Below, piece by piece: positions 10,101-20,328 of a stretch of DNA of 64,000 nucleotides (its first letter is position 1; each line of letters opens with the position of its first letter). The stretch spans positions 34,142 through 98,141 of the forward strand of contig JASGDT010000045.1 of NCBI GenBank assembly GCA_047607085.1. Reading direction: 5' to 3'. The notes beneath the pieces were generated by a model, which worked only from the letters and a program-made list of their open reading frames with translations, did not search any database and was not told where the DNA came from. Source of the stretch: Pseudoxanthomonas sp. (GTDB lineage Bacteria > Pseudomonadota > Gammaproteobacteria > Xanthomonadales > Xanthomonadaceae). A program made the position numbers and the translations under genes.

Positions 10101-10442
10101 TCATGCCAGCGAAAGCGCCAGCTTCAAACCGGCATCCACCTTGTCCATGACCGCCGCCGGCAATGCCTTGACCTTGCGGGCGAGGATGGCGCGATCCAGC
10201 GTGACCAACTGCGAAACGTTCACGACCGATGGTTGCGGCAAGCCGGAATCCGCCTTGCCGATACGGACGTTGCCCGGTGCCTCGGCCAAGGCAAGGTTGG
10301 AAGTCATCGTCGCGACGATGACGGTGGAAATGCGGCTGGCGTTGAACGGATTGGCTTGCACGACCAGCACCGGACGCTTGTAGCCCGGGCCGAAGCCGAC
10401 CGGGTTGGGCAGATCGGCCCACCAGATCTCACCACGCTTCAT
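10101..10442 (-). CDS. Type II toxin, PemK/MazF family endoribonuclease
   Basis: MKRGEIWWADL, G..PGYKRPVLVVQ, SVVNVSQL.TLDR; start overlaps antitoxin end. Confidence 0.92.
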   Translation of the reverse strand: MKRGEIWWADLPNPVGFGPGYKRPVLVVQANPFNASRISTVIVATMTSNLALAEAPGNVRIGKADSGLPQPSVVNVSQLVTLDRAILARKVKALPAAVMDKVDAGLKLALSLA

Positions 10443-10665
10443 CGCCGATGGATCCAAGCTGGGCGGCGGCCAGGGCGGGATCAACGGCAGCCGGTTCGGT
10501 GGCGTAAACGGCGTTCAGTCGTTCGGTGACCAGCGCGTCCTCGCGTTTGCCCAGATATTCCTCAATGGCCTGTGCATAAAGCTGGCTGCGCGACACACGC
10601 AAGCGCTGCGCCAGATCCTCGGCGGCGGAAAAAACCGGGTCGGGCAAGGAGATGGCGACTTTCAT
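10429..10665 (-). CDS. Ribbon-helix-helix antitoxin (MazE/ChpI-like)
   Basis: MKVAISLPD..F...E.LA.RL.VSRSQLY..AI.EYL RHH pattern; 78 aa, immediately upstream of the toxin. Confidence 0.88.
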   Translation of the reverse strand: MKVAISLPDPVFSAAEDLAQRLRVSRSQLYAQAIEEYLGKREDALVTERLNAVYATEPAAVDPALAAAQLGSIGDEAW

Positions 10666-10704
10666 GCGTGCACGGTATCACCAGGGTATGACCGTGGCAA
10701 GCGC

Positions 10705-10783
10705 GCAGGGTGGGCACGAAGTGCCCACCAAAATGAAGACGCCGATTGCGTCAATGCGTGGACACCGGAGGTGCCCACCCTAC
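10705..10783. repeat. REPIN, GGGTGGGCAC family
   Basis: GCAGGGTGGGCACGAAGTGCCCACC and inverted copy ending GTGCCCACCCTAC (GTAG end on minus strand). Confidence 0.8.
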
Positions 10784-10862
10784 CAGGCTCGCCGATCTTG
10801 CCTTGATCTGTGCTGCCGGGCTTTGACTCAGGCCAGTGAAAGGTACGTAGGGCGTATGGCGC

Positions 10863-10949
10863 ATAGGTCGGGGTGAGCGAAGCGAACCCCGACACAGGCA
10901 GCACGATCAGTTTGGTGATGTTGGGGTTCGCAAGCTCACCCCAACCTAT
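10863..10949. repeat. REPIN, TAGGTYGGGGTGAGC family
   Basis: ATAGGTCGGGGTGAGCGAAGCGAACCCCGAC and inverted GTTGGGGTTCGCAAGCTCACCCCAACCTAT. Confidence 0.85.
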
Positions 10950-11560
10950 TGCACTACGGGGGCAATGGGTGCCGGTTGCCAGCGATAGTACGGCTCATGA
11001 GCCAAAGCCAACAAATCACGATCCTCTGGCGTGTCGCCGTAGGCAAAGACGCGGGAAAACCGTGTTGGCGGGAAATGCTCTTGAACAAGTCGAGCTTTCT
11101 CCGCACGGACGCATTGACGCCCCAAGTACTTGCCTGTGAGCTTGCCGCCACGCTGCTCGAGAGTGGAGCAGAGAAGCTCCACGCCGTGCTCATTGCACCA
11201 ATGCCGAAGGTAGATGTCGAGGCCGCCAGAGACCACCACGACAGTATCGCCTCGCTGCTTGTGCCAAGCGATACGCGCCATTGCCTCCGGGCGCAGGGTA
11301 GTGGGCAGGAACTCATTGGCAAATCTCTGGCCATGCGCCTCCAACTCCTGTACAGGCACACGCCAGAAGCCGAAGAAGCAGATGGCAGCGCGGATGGCAA
11401 CCCCAGACACGAGCTTGGCCTTGTAGCCGAGAATCAACGGCAGGAGAAGAGCCTTGCCGAGCAATAGGCGACTGGGTCGAACGGCTAGATGCATGAAGTC
11501 GGGCATCGTTTCCCGATCCGTGATCGTGCCATCGAAGTCGAACAGTGCTAAATCCGCCAT
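10946..11560 (-). CDS. HAD-IB family hydrolase/phosphatase, atypical codon usage
   Basis: LALFDFDGTIT, VVVSGG, EKAR, AYGDT.ED motifs; many A/T-ending codons. Confidence 0.88.
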   Translation of the reverse strand: MADLALFDFDGTITDRETMPDFMHLAVRPSRLLLGKALLLPLILGYKAKLVSGVAIRAAICFFGFWRVPVQELEAHGQRFANEFLPTTLRPEAMARIAWHKQRGDTVVVVSGGLDIYLRHWCNEHGVELLCSTLEQRGGKLTGKYLGRQCVRAEKARLVQEHFPPTRFSRVFAYGDTPEDRDLLALAHEPYYRWQPAPIAPVVQ

Positions 11561-11710
11561 GTGCCAGGAGCTGTCTGTGGGTGCCAACTATACATGGGCG
11601 GTATTCACCACAGCGGCAGCATTACCTGCCTTGGAGCATGGCGCATGCATGAGAGGCTGAAACGTCCAAGCCAAGTCCGCCACAAGCGTTTCAGCAGGCG
11701 GCTGGCAAAC

Positions 11711-12466
11711 TCAAAGCCCCTCGTGAATCCCGCACTCGCGCTTCAAGCCGAAGAAGCGGGTGTCTTCCTCGCGCATGCCCGGTTCCCAGCGGCGGGTGGT
11801 GTGGTAGTCGCCGATGGAGACATAGCCCTGGTGCCACAGCGGATGGTAGGGCAGGTCGTGCTTTTTCAGGTATTGCCAGACGTCGCGGTCGCTCCAGTCG
11901 GCGATCGGGTTGACCTTCCAGCGATCGTTGCGCAGTTCCAGTATCGGCGTGTTGCGGCGGCTTTCGGACTGGTTGCGGCGCAGGCCGGTGAACCAGGCGC
12001 CGACTTGCAGTTCGTCCAGCGCGCGGCGCATCGGTTCGACCTTGCGCAGGTCGTTGTAGCGTTCGATGCCTTCGATGCCTTGTTCCCACAAACGGCCATG
12101 GCGCGCTTCCATCCATGCGCGGCTCAGTAGCGGGCGGTAGATCTTGAGGTTCAGGTGCAGGCGTTCCACCAGTTCATCGGCGAAGCGATAGGTTTCCTCG
12201 AACAGGTAGCCGGTGTCGATCAGGATCACCGGGATGTCCGGCCGCTGCTGGCTCAGCAGGTGCAGCGACACGGCCGCCTGCGCGCCGAAGCTGGTGGTCA
12301 GCGCGGGGTTGCCGGGTGCGTTGGCCAGCGCCCATTCAACACGGCGCTCGGCGTCCAGCGTTTCCAGCCATGCATTGGTGTCGACCGCGTTGTGCGTGTC
12401 GATGCGGCTGTCATGAAGACCGCTGTCGTGGTGGTCGTCGTTGGCGGGGGCGAAGGCGGCGCTCAT
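11711..12466 (-). CDS. cysH: PAPS/APS reductase
   Basis: [41 protein letters not shown]-terminus. Confidence 0.96.
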   Translation of the reverse strand: MSAAFAPANDDHHDSGLHDSRIDTHNAVDTNAWLETLDAERRVEWALANAPGNPALTTSFGAQAAVSLHLLSQQRPDIPVILIDTGYLFEETYRFADELVERLHLNLKIYRPLLSRAWMEARHGRLWEQGIEGIERYNDLRKVEPMRRALDELQVGAWFTGLRRNQSESRRNTPILELRNDRWKVNPIADWSDRDVWQYLKKHDLPYHPLWHQGYVSIGDYHTTRRWEPGMREEDTRFFGLKRECGIHEGL

Positions 12467-14169
12467 GCGTGCAGTTCCGATGCGATTTGCCGGTGCGTGG
12501 GGTACGGGGGCAGGGCGATCAGGCCACTGCGGTGGAGGAAGTCGCCGAAGCCTTCGCCTTCATCGCGTTCGCCGGCATAGCGGGCGAACAGCGGCTCCAG
12601 TTCGTCGAGGATTTGCGATTCGGTGATGTTTTCGCGATACAGCGTGTTGAGCCGCTGGCCGCGATGGTCGGCGCCGAGCATCAGGTTGTAGCGGCCCGGC
12701 GCCTTGCCGACCAGGGCGATTTCGCCCAGATACGGGCGCGAGCAACCGTTCGGGCAACCGCTGATGCGCAGCAGGATGGGCGCATCGCGCAGGCCGTGCT
12801 TTTCCAGCAGCGGTTGCAGCTTGTGGCTGAAGTCGGGCAGGTAGCGTTCCGCTTCGGCCATCGCCAGCGCGCAGGTCGGCAGCGCCACGCAGGCCATTGC
12901 GGTGCGCGCCAGCGCGGTGGGCGCGAGGTTTTCCGCATCCAGCCGGTATTGCGCGACCAGGGCGTCGATGTTCGCGCGTTCGCTTGCCGGCACGCCGGCG
13001 ATGAGCAGGTTCTGGTTGGCGGTCAGGCGGAATTCGCCGCGATGGATTTTCGCGATCTCGCGCAGGCCGGTCAGATGCGGTGCGCCGGGACGATCGGCAA
13101 TGCGCCCGCTTGGCAGCGACAGGCCCAGGTGCCAGCGTCCGTCTTCGCCTTCGACCCAGCCGAAGCGGTCGCCGTTGTGGTCGAAGCGGAACGGGCGTGC
13201 CGGTTGCAGCCGGAAGCCGGCGTGCGCTTCCATTTTTGCGATGACGGTGTCCAGCCCGAGGTCGTCGATGGTGTACTTGAAGCGGGCATGCTTGCGTTCG
13301 ACGCGGTCGCCGTGGTCGCGCTGCACGACGACGGCGGCAGCGGCAATCGCCTGCACTTGCTCGGGCGTGGCGAAGCCGATCACGTTGCCCAGGCGCGGAT
13401 AGGTGGCGGCGTCGCCGTGGCTGGCGCCCATGCCGCCGCCGATGGCGACGTTGAAGCCGGCCAGTTCGCCGTTGTCGTCGGCAATGGCGATCAGGCCGAA
13501 ATCGTTGGCGAACACGTCAACGTCGTTGCATGGCGGCACCGCAATCGCCATCTTGAACTTGCGCGGCAGGTAGGCGCGACCGTAGATCGGGTCCTCTTCC
13601 GCGCCGCTGTCGGCGAGTTTTTCCTGATCCAGCCAGATTTCGTGATAGGCGCGGGTTTTCGGCAGGAATGCCAGCGACAGTTTTTGCGCCCAGTCGTGCA
13701 CCTGCGCGTGCAGGCGCGATTGCAGCGGGTTGGTGGCCGAAAGCACGTTGCGGTTGACGTCGCCGCAGGCGGAGATGGTGTCCAGCGCGGCGGCGTTGAT
13801 CGCCTGCATGGTCGTCTTCAATTCGCGCTTGATGACGCCGTGGAACTGGAAGGTCTGGCGCGTGGTGACGCGCAGCGAGTTGCCGGCCCAGGTGGTGGCG
13901 ATGGCGTCGAGCTTCAGCCATTGCGCTGGCGTGAACACGCCGCCCGGCGCGCGGATGCGGATCATGAACTGGTGTGCCGGCTCCAGTTTCTGCCGGCGGC
14001 GTTCGTCGCGCAGGTCGCGGTCGTCCTGCTGGTAGCTGCCGTGGAACTTGATCAGACGCTGGTCGTCGAACGACAGCGAGCCGGTGACCGGATCGGCGAG
14101 GCCTTCCACCAACGTGCCGCGCAGGCCGCGGCTGTTGATCTTGATGTTTTCGACGGAAGGGTGGCTCAT
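12463..14169 (-). CDS. cysI: Sulfite reductase hemoprotein (beta) subunit
   Basis: [37 protein letters not shown] and SGCPNGC siroheme/4Fe-4S ligands. Confidence 0.97.
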   Translation of the reverse strand: MSHPSVENIKINSRGLRGTLVEGLADPVTGSLSFDDQRLIKFHGSYQQDDRDLRDERRRQKLEPAHQFMIRIRAPGGVFTPAQWLKLDAIATTWAGNSLRVTTRQTFQFHGVIKRELKTTMQAINAAALDTISACGDVNRNVLSATNPLQSRLHAQVHDWAQKLSLAFLPKTRAYHEIWLDQEKLADSGAEEDPIYGRAYLPRKFKMAIAVPPCNDVDVFANDFGLIAIADDNGELAGFNVAIGGGMGASHGDAATYPRLGNVIGFATPEQVQAIAAAAVVVQRDHGDRVERKHARFKYTIDDLGLDTVIAKMEAHAGFRLQPARPFRFDHNGDRFGWVEGEDGRWHLGLSLPSGRIADRPGAPHLTGLREIAKIHRGEFRLTANQNLLIAGVPASERANIDALVAQYRLDAENLAPTALARTAMACVALPTCALAMAEAERYLPDFSHKLQPLLEKHGLRDAPILLRISGCPNGCSRPYLGEIALVGKAPGRYNLMLGADHRGQRLNTLYRENITESQILDELEPLFARYAGERDEGEGFGDFLHRSGLIALPPYPTHRQIASELHA

Positions 14170-14206
14170 GGCGTTGGCTTTGATCCGGTGGAACGGTTGC
14201 GGAAAT

Positions 14207-16066
14207 TCAATAAACGTCGCGGCTGTAACGGCCGGCGCGTTGCAATTCGGAGAGGAACTCGGCGGCGGTCTCGGCATCGCCGCCGTTGTGCGCGGCGATC
14301 ACGTCCAGCAGCGCGGCATGCACGTCCTTGCCCATGCCGATGGCGCCGCAGACGTAGAAATGCGCGCCGTTCTGCAGCCAGTCGTACAGGTCGCGGCCTT
14401 GTTCGCGCAGGCGCTGCTGCACATAGATCTTTTCGGCCTGGTCGCGCGAGAACGCCAGGTCGAGGCGATGCAGTTCCTTGCGTGCCAAGGCGTCCTGCCA
14501 TTCGGTCTGGTACAGGAAGCCGGTATTGAAGTGCTGCGCGCCGAAGAACAGCCAGTTGCGGCCGGTCGCGCCGGTTTCGGCGCGTTCCTGCACGAAGGCA
14601 CGGAACGGGGCCACGCCAGTGCCGGGGCCGACCATGATGATGTCGCGCGACGCATCCGCCGGTACGCGGAAGCGCTCGTTGGTTTCGATATAGACCGGCG
14701 CGGTGTCGCCTTCCTCCAGCGCGGCGAGGAAGCCGCTGGCGGCGCCATTGTGCGCATGGCCGTGGGCTTCGTAACCCAGCACGTCGAGGGTCAGATGCAC
14801 TTCCTCGCCCACGCGCTTGCGGCTGGAGGCGATGGAATACAGGCGCGCCGCCGGGGCGCGCAGCGCGGCCACCAGCGCCTGTGCATCCCATGCGGCATCC
14901 CAGCGGCGCAGCACGTCGATCAACTGATGCGTGTCGATCAGCTTGGCGAAGTCGCTTCTGCCTTCCGGTTGCAGCAGCGCGTTCAAGTCCGCAGCGCCGG
15001 CGCGTTCGGCCTGCGCGCTCAGGAACGGGCGCGACAGCCGGGTCAGTTCGCGCTTGCTCGCCAGCCATTCGCGCAGCGGCAGGGTGTTGCCGTCGTGCGC
15101 GACCCGTGCATCGCCATCCAGCTTCGTGGCTTGCAGCACCGCATCGACCAGCGCCGCCGGGTTGCGATGGACGATGCCCAGCGCATCGCCCGGTTCGTAG
15201 TGCAGGCCGCTGCCTTCCAGCGAGAATTCGATGTGGCGCACGTCCTTGTCCGGCGCGCCGTACTCGCCGTAACGGCTGCTTTTGAAGTTGCGGCCGATCA
15301 GGCGCTGGTTGAGCAGCAGTTCGGCGGCGAACGGGTTTTCGTGCGTGTGCAGCGGCGCGCTGGCAGCCGGGCGCAGCGGCGTGACCGTGGCCAGCGGGTG
15401 TGCGTTCGGCGTGGTCTTGAGCAGTTCGCGGGCCTGCTCCAATGCCTGCGTGCGCCAAGGCTTGGCGACGGTGTCGATGTCCAGGTCGGCTTCGCCGGTG
15501 GCGAACAGGCGCTGCGCGCCCAGTTCGGCCAGGCGTGCGTCCAGTTTGCGGGCGATGCCGCAGAACTCGGCATAGCTGGAGTCGCCCAGGCCGAGCACGG
15601 CGTATTTCAGTTCCGGCAGCTTGGGCGCGCGCTTGCCGGCGATGAATTCGACCAGGCCGATGGCGTCGTCCGGCGGGTCGCCTTCGCCCTGGGTGCTGAT
15701 GACGACGTAGAGCAGGCGCTCGCCGGCCAGTTCGCGGGTGGCGTAGGCGTCGGCGCGCAGCAGGCGTACCGGCAGGCCGGCGGTTTCCAGTTCGGCGACC
15801 AGTTGTTCTGCCGCGCGCCTGGCGTTGCCGGTCTGGCTGCCGTAAATCACGGTGGCGCGCTGGCCGCTGGCCGCCGTGGTCGCGGTGGCGGCGGCCAGCG
15901 GGCGCAGCGGCGTGCTCGCCGGCAGGCTGGCCTCGGCCAGCCCGGCGGCGTAGCCGGACAGCCACCACAGTGAGGCGGCATCCAGCCCTTCGACGAGATT
16001 GCCCAGTAGCGCCTTGCGGTCTTCCGGCAAGGGATTGGGTGGCAGCGGAGCGGCGGCGGAGGGCAT
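14207..16066 (-). CDS. cysJ: Sulfite reductase flavoprotein (alpha) subunit
   Basis: Flavodoxin YGSQTGNA and [42 protein letters not shown]. Confidence 0.96.
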   Translation of the reverse strand: MPSAAAPLPPNPLPEDRKALLGNLVEGLDAASLWWLSGYAAGLAEASLPASTPLRPLAAATATTAASGQRATVIYGSQTGNARRAAEQLVAELETAGLPVRLLRADAYATRELAGERLLYVVISTQGEGDPPDDAIGLVEFIAGKRAPKLPELKYAVLGLGDSSYAEFCGIARKLDARLAELGAQRLFATGEADLDIDTVAKPWRTQALEQARELLKTTPNAHPLATVTPLRPAASAPLHTHENPFAAELLLNQRLIGRNFKSSRYGEYGAPDKDVRHIEFSLEGSGLHYEPGDALGIVHRNPAALVDAVLQATKLDGDARVAHDGNTLPLREWLASKRELTRLSRPFLSAQAERAGAADLNALLQPEGRSDFAKLIDTHQLIDVLRRWDAAWDAQALVAALRAPAARLYSIASSRKRVGEEVHLTLDVLGYEAHGHAHNGAASGFLAALEEGDTAPVYIETNERFRVPADASRDIIMVGPGTGVAPFRAFVQERAETGATGRNWLFFGAQHFNTGFLYQTEWQDALARKELHRLDLAFSRDQAEKIYVQQRLREQGRDLYDWLQNGAHFYVCGAIGMGKDVHAALLDVIAAHNGGDAETAAEFLSELQRAGRYSRDVY

Positions 16067-16248
16067 CGGGTACAGTGGCGGCATACAGCGGGACGACAAA
16101 GTTAGGTGCTGGTTAACCCATTCAGAAACGAATTCTGGTTATGCGCTTATCACCTGCGCTTATTTGGGCGTATGGCACAAGCAGGAAATACTGCGCCGCC
16201 GCCCGGCTCCGCCCGTGTTGGTTATGATTTTTTCTTCTGAAACTTTCC

Positions 16249-17172
16249 GTGTTGCCCCCGATGCCTGCCTTGCCGCACCTGTCCCACCTTGACCGTCTGG
16301 AAGCCGAGAGCATCCACATCCTGCGCGAGGTCGCCGCCGAATTCCGCAACCCGGTGCTGCTGTATTCGGTGGGCAAGGACAGTTCGGTGCTGCTGCACCT
16401 GCTGCTGAAGGCGTTCGCGCCGGGCAAGCCGCCGATCCCGCTGCTGCATGTGGATACGCGCTGGAAATTCCGCGAGATGATCGAATTCCGCGACCGCCGT
16501 GCGGCGGAGACCGGCGCGGAGCTGCGCGTACACATCAACCCGGACGGCATTGCCCAGGATATCGGCCCGATCAGCCACGGCGCGGCCGTGCATACCGACG
16601 TGATGAAGACCCAGGGCTTGAAGCAGGCGCTGGACAAGTGGAAATTCGACGCCGCGATCGGCGGCGCGCGCCGCGACGAGGAGAAGTCCCGCGCCAAGGA
16701 GCGGGTGTTCTCGTTCCGCAACGACAAGCACCGCTGGGATCCGAAGAACCAGCGCCCGGAACTGTGGAACGTCTATAACGCGCGCATCCACCCGGGCGAA
16801 AGCGTGCGTGCCTTCCCGCTGTCCAACTGGACCGAACTGGACATCTGGCTCTATATCTATCGCGAGAAAATCCCGGTGGTGCCGCTGTATTTCGCAGCAA
16901 AGCGCCCGGTGGTGGAGCGCGACGGCGCGCTGATCCTGGTCGATGACGAACGCCTGCCGCTGCGCGAGGGCGAAACGCCGCAACTGAAATCGGTGCGCTT
17001 CCGCACGCTGGGCTGCTATCCGCTGACCGGCGCGATCGAATCCGGCGCCGATTCGCTGGAAGCGATCATCGCCGAAATGCTGGTCGCCACCACCTCCGAA
17101 CGACAGGGTCGGGTGATCGACCACGATCCCGGCGCGTCGATGGAGAAGAAGAAGCTGGAGGGGTATTTCTGA
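16249..17172 (+). CDS. cysD: Sulfate adenylyltransferase subunit 2
   Basis: [44 protein letters not shown]; start may be ATG 16261. Confidence 0.97.
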   Translation: MLPPMPALPHLSHLDRLEAESIHILREVAAEFRNPVLLYSVGKDSSVLLHLLLKAFAPGKPPIPLLHVDTRWKFREMIEFRDRRAAETGAELRVHINPDGIAQDIGPISHGAAVHTDVMKTQGLKQALDKWKFDAAIGGARRDEEKSRAKERVFSFRNDKHRWDPKNQRPELWNVYNARIHPGESVRAFPLSNWTELDIWLYIYREKIPVVPLYFAAKRPVVERDGALILVDDERLPLREGETPQLKSVRFRTLGCYPLTGAIESGADSLEAIIAEMLVATTSERQGRVIDHDPGASMEKKKLEGYF

Positions 17173-19061
17173 TGGACGCGCTTTCCAACGGCGGGCACGC
17201 CGACATCGCCGCCTACCTCAAGCAGCACGAAACCAAGCCGCTGCTGCGCTTCATCACCTGCGGCAGCGTCGATGACGGCAAGAGCACGCTGATCGGGCGC
17301 CTGCTGTACGACAGCAAGCGATTGTTCGACGATCAGTTGGCCGCGCTGGAAAAGGACAGTCGCAAGCACGGCACCCAGGGCGAACGCATCGACTATGCGT
17401 TGCTGCTGGACGGGTTGGCCGCCGAGCGCGAGCAGGGCATCACCATCGACGTGGCTTACCGCTATTTCGATACCGAAAAACGCAAGTTCATCGTCGCCGA
17501 CTGCCCCGGCCACGAGCAGTACACGCGCAACATGGCCACCGGCGCATCGACCGCCGATCTGGCCGTGGTGCTGGTCGATGCGCGCAAGGGGTTGCTGACG
17601 CAGACCCGCCGGCACAGCTACATCATCTCGTTGCTGGGCATCCGCAACGTGGTGCTGGCGGTGAACAAGATGGACCTGGTGGGTTACGACCAGCGCGTGT
17701 TCGATGAAGTCGCCAATGGCTATCGCGAATTGGCCGCGCAACTTGGTATTCCCGACGTGCAGGCGATTCCGCTGTCGGCGCTGGAAGGCGACAACCTTTC
17801 CGCGCGCTCGGCCAACACGCCGTGGTACGACGGCCCGAGTTTGCTGGAACATCTGGAAAGCGTGCCGGTCGATGACGCGCACGATGCCGCCAGCGGCCTG
17901 CGTTTGCCTGTGCAATGGGTGAACCGTCCGAATCTGGACTTCCGCGGTTTTGCCGGCACGATTGCCGCCGGCGAGGTGAAGCCCGGTGATGCGGTGGTGG
18001 TGTTGCCTTCGGGCAAGCGTTCCACCGTGGCGCGCGTGCTCGATGCCAATGGCGATGTCGCCGTCGCCCGCGCAGGCCAAGCAGTGACGCTGACCCTCGG
18101 CGATGAAATCGACATCAGCCGCGGCGACGTGATCGCCGCTGCCGCCGACCCGCCGGAAGTGGCCGACCAGTTCGCCGCGCACGTGCTGTGGATGAGTGAT
18201 GCCGCACTGCTGCCGGGCCGCCCGTACTGGTTGAAGATCGGCGCGCGCACCATCGCCGCCAACATCAGTGAAATCAAGCACCGCATCGACGTCAACACGC
18301 AGGAGCACCTGGCGGCGAAACGGCTGGAATTGAACGAAGTCGGCTACTGCAACCTGTCATTGGACGAGGCCACCGCCTTCGAGCCGTATGCGAAGAACCG
18401 CACGCTCGGCGGCTTCATCCTGATCGACCGCCAGAGCAATGCGACGGTCGCCGCCGGCACGCTGGATTTCGCCCTGCGCCGCGCCGGCAACGTGCATTGG
18501 CAACACCTCGACGTGGACAAGGCCGCGCGCGCGCGGATCAAGGGCCAGACGCCGAAGGTGCTGTGGTTCACCGGCCTGTCCGGCGCGGGCAAATCGACCG
18601 TCGCCAACCTGGTGGACAAGCGCCTGCACGCGCTGGGTTATCACAGCTTCATTCTAGACGGCGACAACGTGCGCCACGGCCTGAACCGCGACCTCGGCTT
18701 CACCGATGAAGACCGCGTGGAGAACATCCGCCGCGTTGCCGAAGTGGCGAAGCTGATGACCGACGCGGGCTTGATCGTGCTGGTCAGCTTCATCTCGCCG
18801 TTCCGCGCCGAACGGCGCATGGCGCGCGAACGCTTCGCCGAGGGCGAGTTCATCGAAGTCTTCGTCGATACCCCGCTGGCATTGGCCGAATCGCGCGACG
18901 TCAAGGGACTGTATGCCAAGGCCCGCGCCGGGCAGATCCCCAACTTCACCGGCATCGATTCGCCTTACGAAGCGCCGGAGCAGCCGGAACTGCACCTGCA
19001 TGCCGATGCGCATGCGCCCGAGGCGCTGGCGGAACAGGTGCTGGGGGCGCTGGGGTTGTGA
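17172..19061 (+). CDS. cysNC: Bifunctional sulfate adenylyltransferase subunit 1 / APS kinase
   Basis: GSVDDGKST GTPase, [13 protein letters not shown]-terminal [12 protein letters not shown] and [10 protein letters not shown] kinase domain. Confidence 0.97.
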   Translation: MDALSNGGHADIAAYLKQHETKPLLRFITCGSVDDGKSTLIGRLLYDSKRLFDDQLAALEKDSRKHGTQGERIDYALLLDGLAAEREQGITIDVAYRYFDTEKRKFIVADCPGHEQYTRNMATGASTADLAVVLVDARKGLLTQTRRHSYIISLLGIRNVVLAVNKMDLVGYDQRVFDEVANGYRELAAQLGIPDVQAIPLSALEGDNLSARSANTPWYDGPSLLEHLESVPVDDAHDAASGLRLPVQWVNRPNLDFRGFAGTIAAGEVKPGDAVVVLPSGKRSTVARVLDANGDVAVARAGQAVTLTLGDEIDISRGDVIAAAADPPEVADQFAAHVLWMSDAALLPGRPYWLKIGARTIAANISEIKHRIDVNTQEHLAAKRLELNEVGYCNLSLDEATAFEPYAKNRTLGGFILIDRQSNATVAAGTLDFALRRAGNVHWQHLDVDKAARARIKGQTPKVLWFTGLSGAGKSTVANLVDKRLHALGYHSFILDGDNVRHGLNRDLGFTDEDRVENIRRVAEVAKLMTDAGLIVLVSFISPFRAERRMARERFAEGEFIEVFVDTPLALAESRDVKGLYAKARAGQIPNFTGIDSPYEAPEQPELHLHADAHAPEALAEQVLGALGL

Positions 19062-19179
19062 AGCTCCCTCCTCCAGGGGGAGGGGGCAGCAAGGCGTCGC
19101 GCTGGCCGGCCATGTGCCATTAGTCATGTCCGCCGCTGGTCGCATTCAAGCGTTCATTGCAAGCCGGTAAACTCGGCCC

Positions 19180-20325
19180 ATGCCGCTTGTGGATCTAAGC
19201 ATGTCCTCTCCGAAGTTCCCGCACGCCCTGTGCCTGGCGGCGCTGGTTGCCGCGCTGTCCGCCTGTGGCGGCGGCAAAACCGATGCCGGCCACGGCCAGC
19301 CGCCGCCCACGGTCACCACCTTGCAGGTGCAGCCGTCGCGCTGGAGCGACGAACTCAAGGCGCTGGGCACGGCAAATGCGCGCGAATCGGTGACCATTTC
19401 CGCCAGCGTCAGCCAGACCATCGCCAGCGTCGAATTCGACAGTGGCCAGTTCGTGCAGAAGGGCCAGGCCCTGGTCACCCTGGTGCAGGGCCAGCAGAAC
19501 GCCGGTGTGGCCGCCGCGCAGGCCGACCTGCGCAATGCCGAGCAGTTGTACGAACGCAACCGCAAGCTGGCCGACCAGCAATTGATTTCCCGCGCCGATC
19601 TGGAAACCCAGCGCGCCACGCTGGAAGCGGCGCGCGCGCAGGTCAACGCGCAGCGCGCCACCGTGGCCGACCGCACGATCCGCGCGCCGTTTGCCGGCGT
19701 GCTGGGCCTGCGCCTGGTCAGCGCCGGTTCGCTGGTCACGCCGGGCACGGCGATCACCACGCTGGATGATGTCTCGCTGATCAAGCTCGACTTCACCGTG
19801 CCCGAATCGGCCGTCTCGCAATTGGCGGTCGGCCAGCGCGTCAACGCACGCAGCGCGGCATGGCCGGAGCAGGTGTTCGAAGGCCGCATCGCCAGCATCG
19901 ATTCGCGTGTGGACACGGTATCGCGCGCGATCACCGTGCGCGCCGAAATCCCCAACCCCGACGGCAAGCTGCGTCCCGGCATGCTGCTGGACGTGGGTGT
20001 GGAGCGCGGCGTGCGCCAGGCGCTGGTGATCCCGGAACTGGCGGTGCAGCAATACGGCGAAACCTCCAGCGTGTTCCGCGTCGAGGCCGACGACAAGGTC
20101 AGGCTGGTGCCGGTGAAGCTGGGCGCGCGCCGCTATGGCGAGGTCGAAGTGGTTTCCGGCCTGAAAGCCGGCGAACGCATCGTGGTCGAAGGCACGGTCA
20201 AGCTGCGCGATGGCTTGAAGATCGACGACGTGACCGCGAAGTCCGCCGCCGGTGATCCCGGCCCGCAGGCGGCCGGCAACGATGCGGGCCAGCAGGCCGC
20301 GCCCGCCACCGAAAAGGCGGATTGA
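19180..20325 (+). CDS. RND efflux membrane-fusion lipoprotein
   Basis: Lipobox LSAC, IRAPFAGV, LRPGM motifs; upstream of RND permease. Confidence 0.92.
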   Translation: MPLVDLSMSSPKFPHALCLAALVAALSACGGGKTDAGHGQPPPTVTTLQVQPSRWSDELKALGTANARESVTISASVSQTIASVEFDSGQFVQKGQALVTLVQGQQNAGVAAAQADLRNAEQLYERNRKLADQQLISRADLETQRATLEAARAQVNAQRATVADRTIRAPFAGVLGLRLVSAGSLVTPGTAITTLDDVSLIKLDFTVPESAVSQLAVGQRVNARSAAWPEQVFEGRIASIDSRVDTVSRAITVRAEIPNPDGKLRPGMLLDVGVERGVRQALVIPELAVQQYGETSSVFRVEADDKVRLVPVKLGARRYGEVEVVSGLKAGERIVVEGTVKLRDGLKIDDVTAKSAAGDPGPQAAGNDAGQQAAPATEKAD

Positions 20326-20328
20326 TCG

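Noticed and set aside
11561-11700. GTTGGCA just upstream of the HAD-IB gene plus a GCTGAAACG/CGTTTCAGC hairpin, suggesting an integron attC remnant
   Set aside because: Does not fit GTTRRRY/RYYYAAC, no paired L boxes, no matching site at the other end, no integrase
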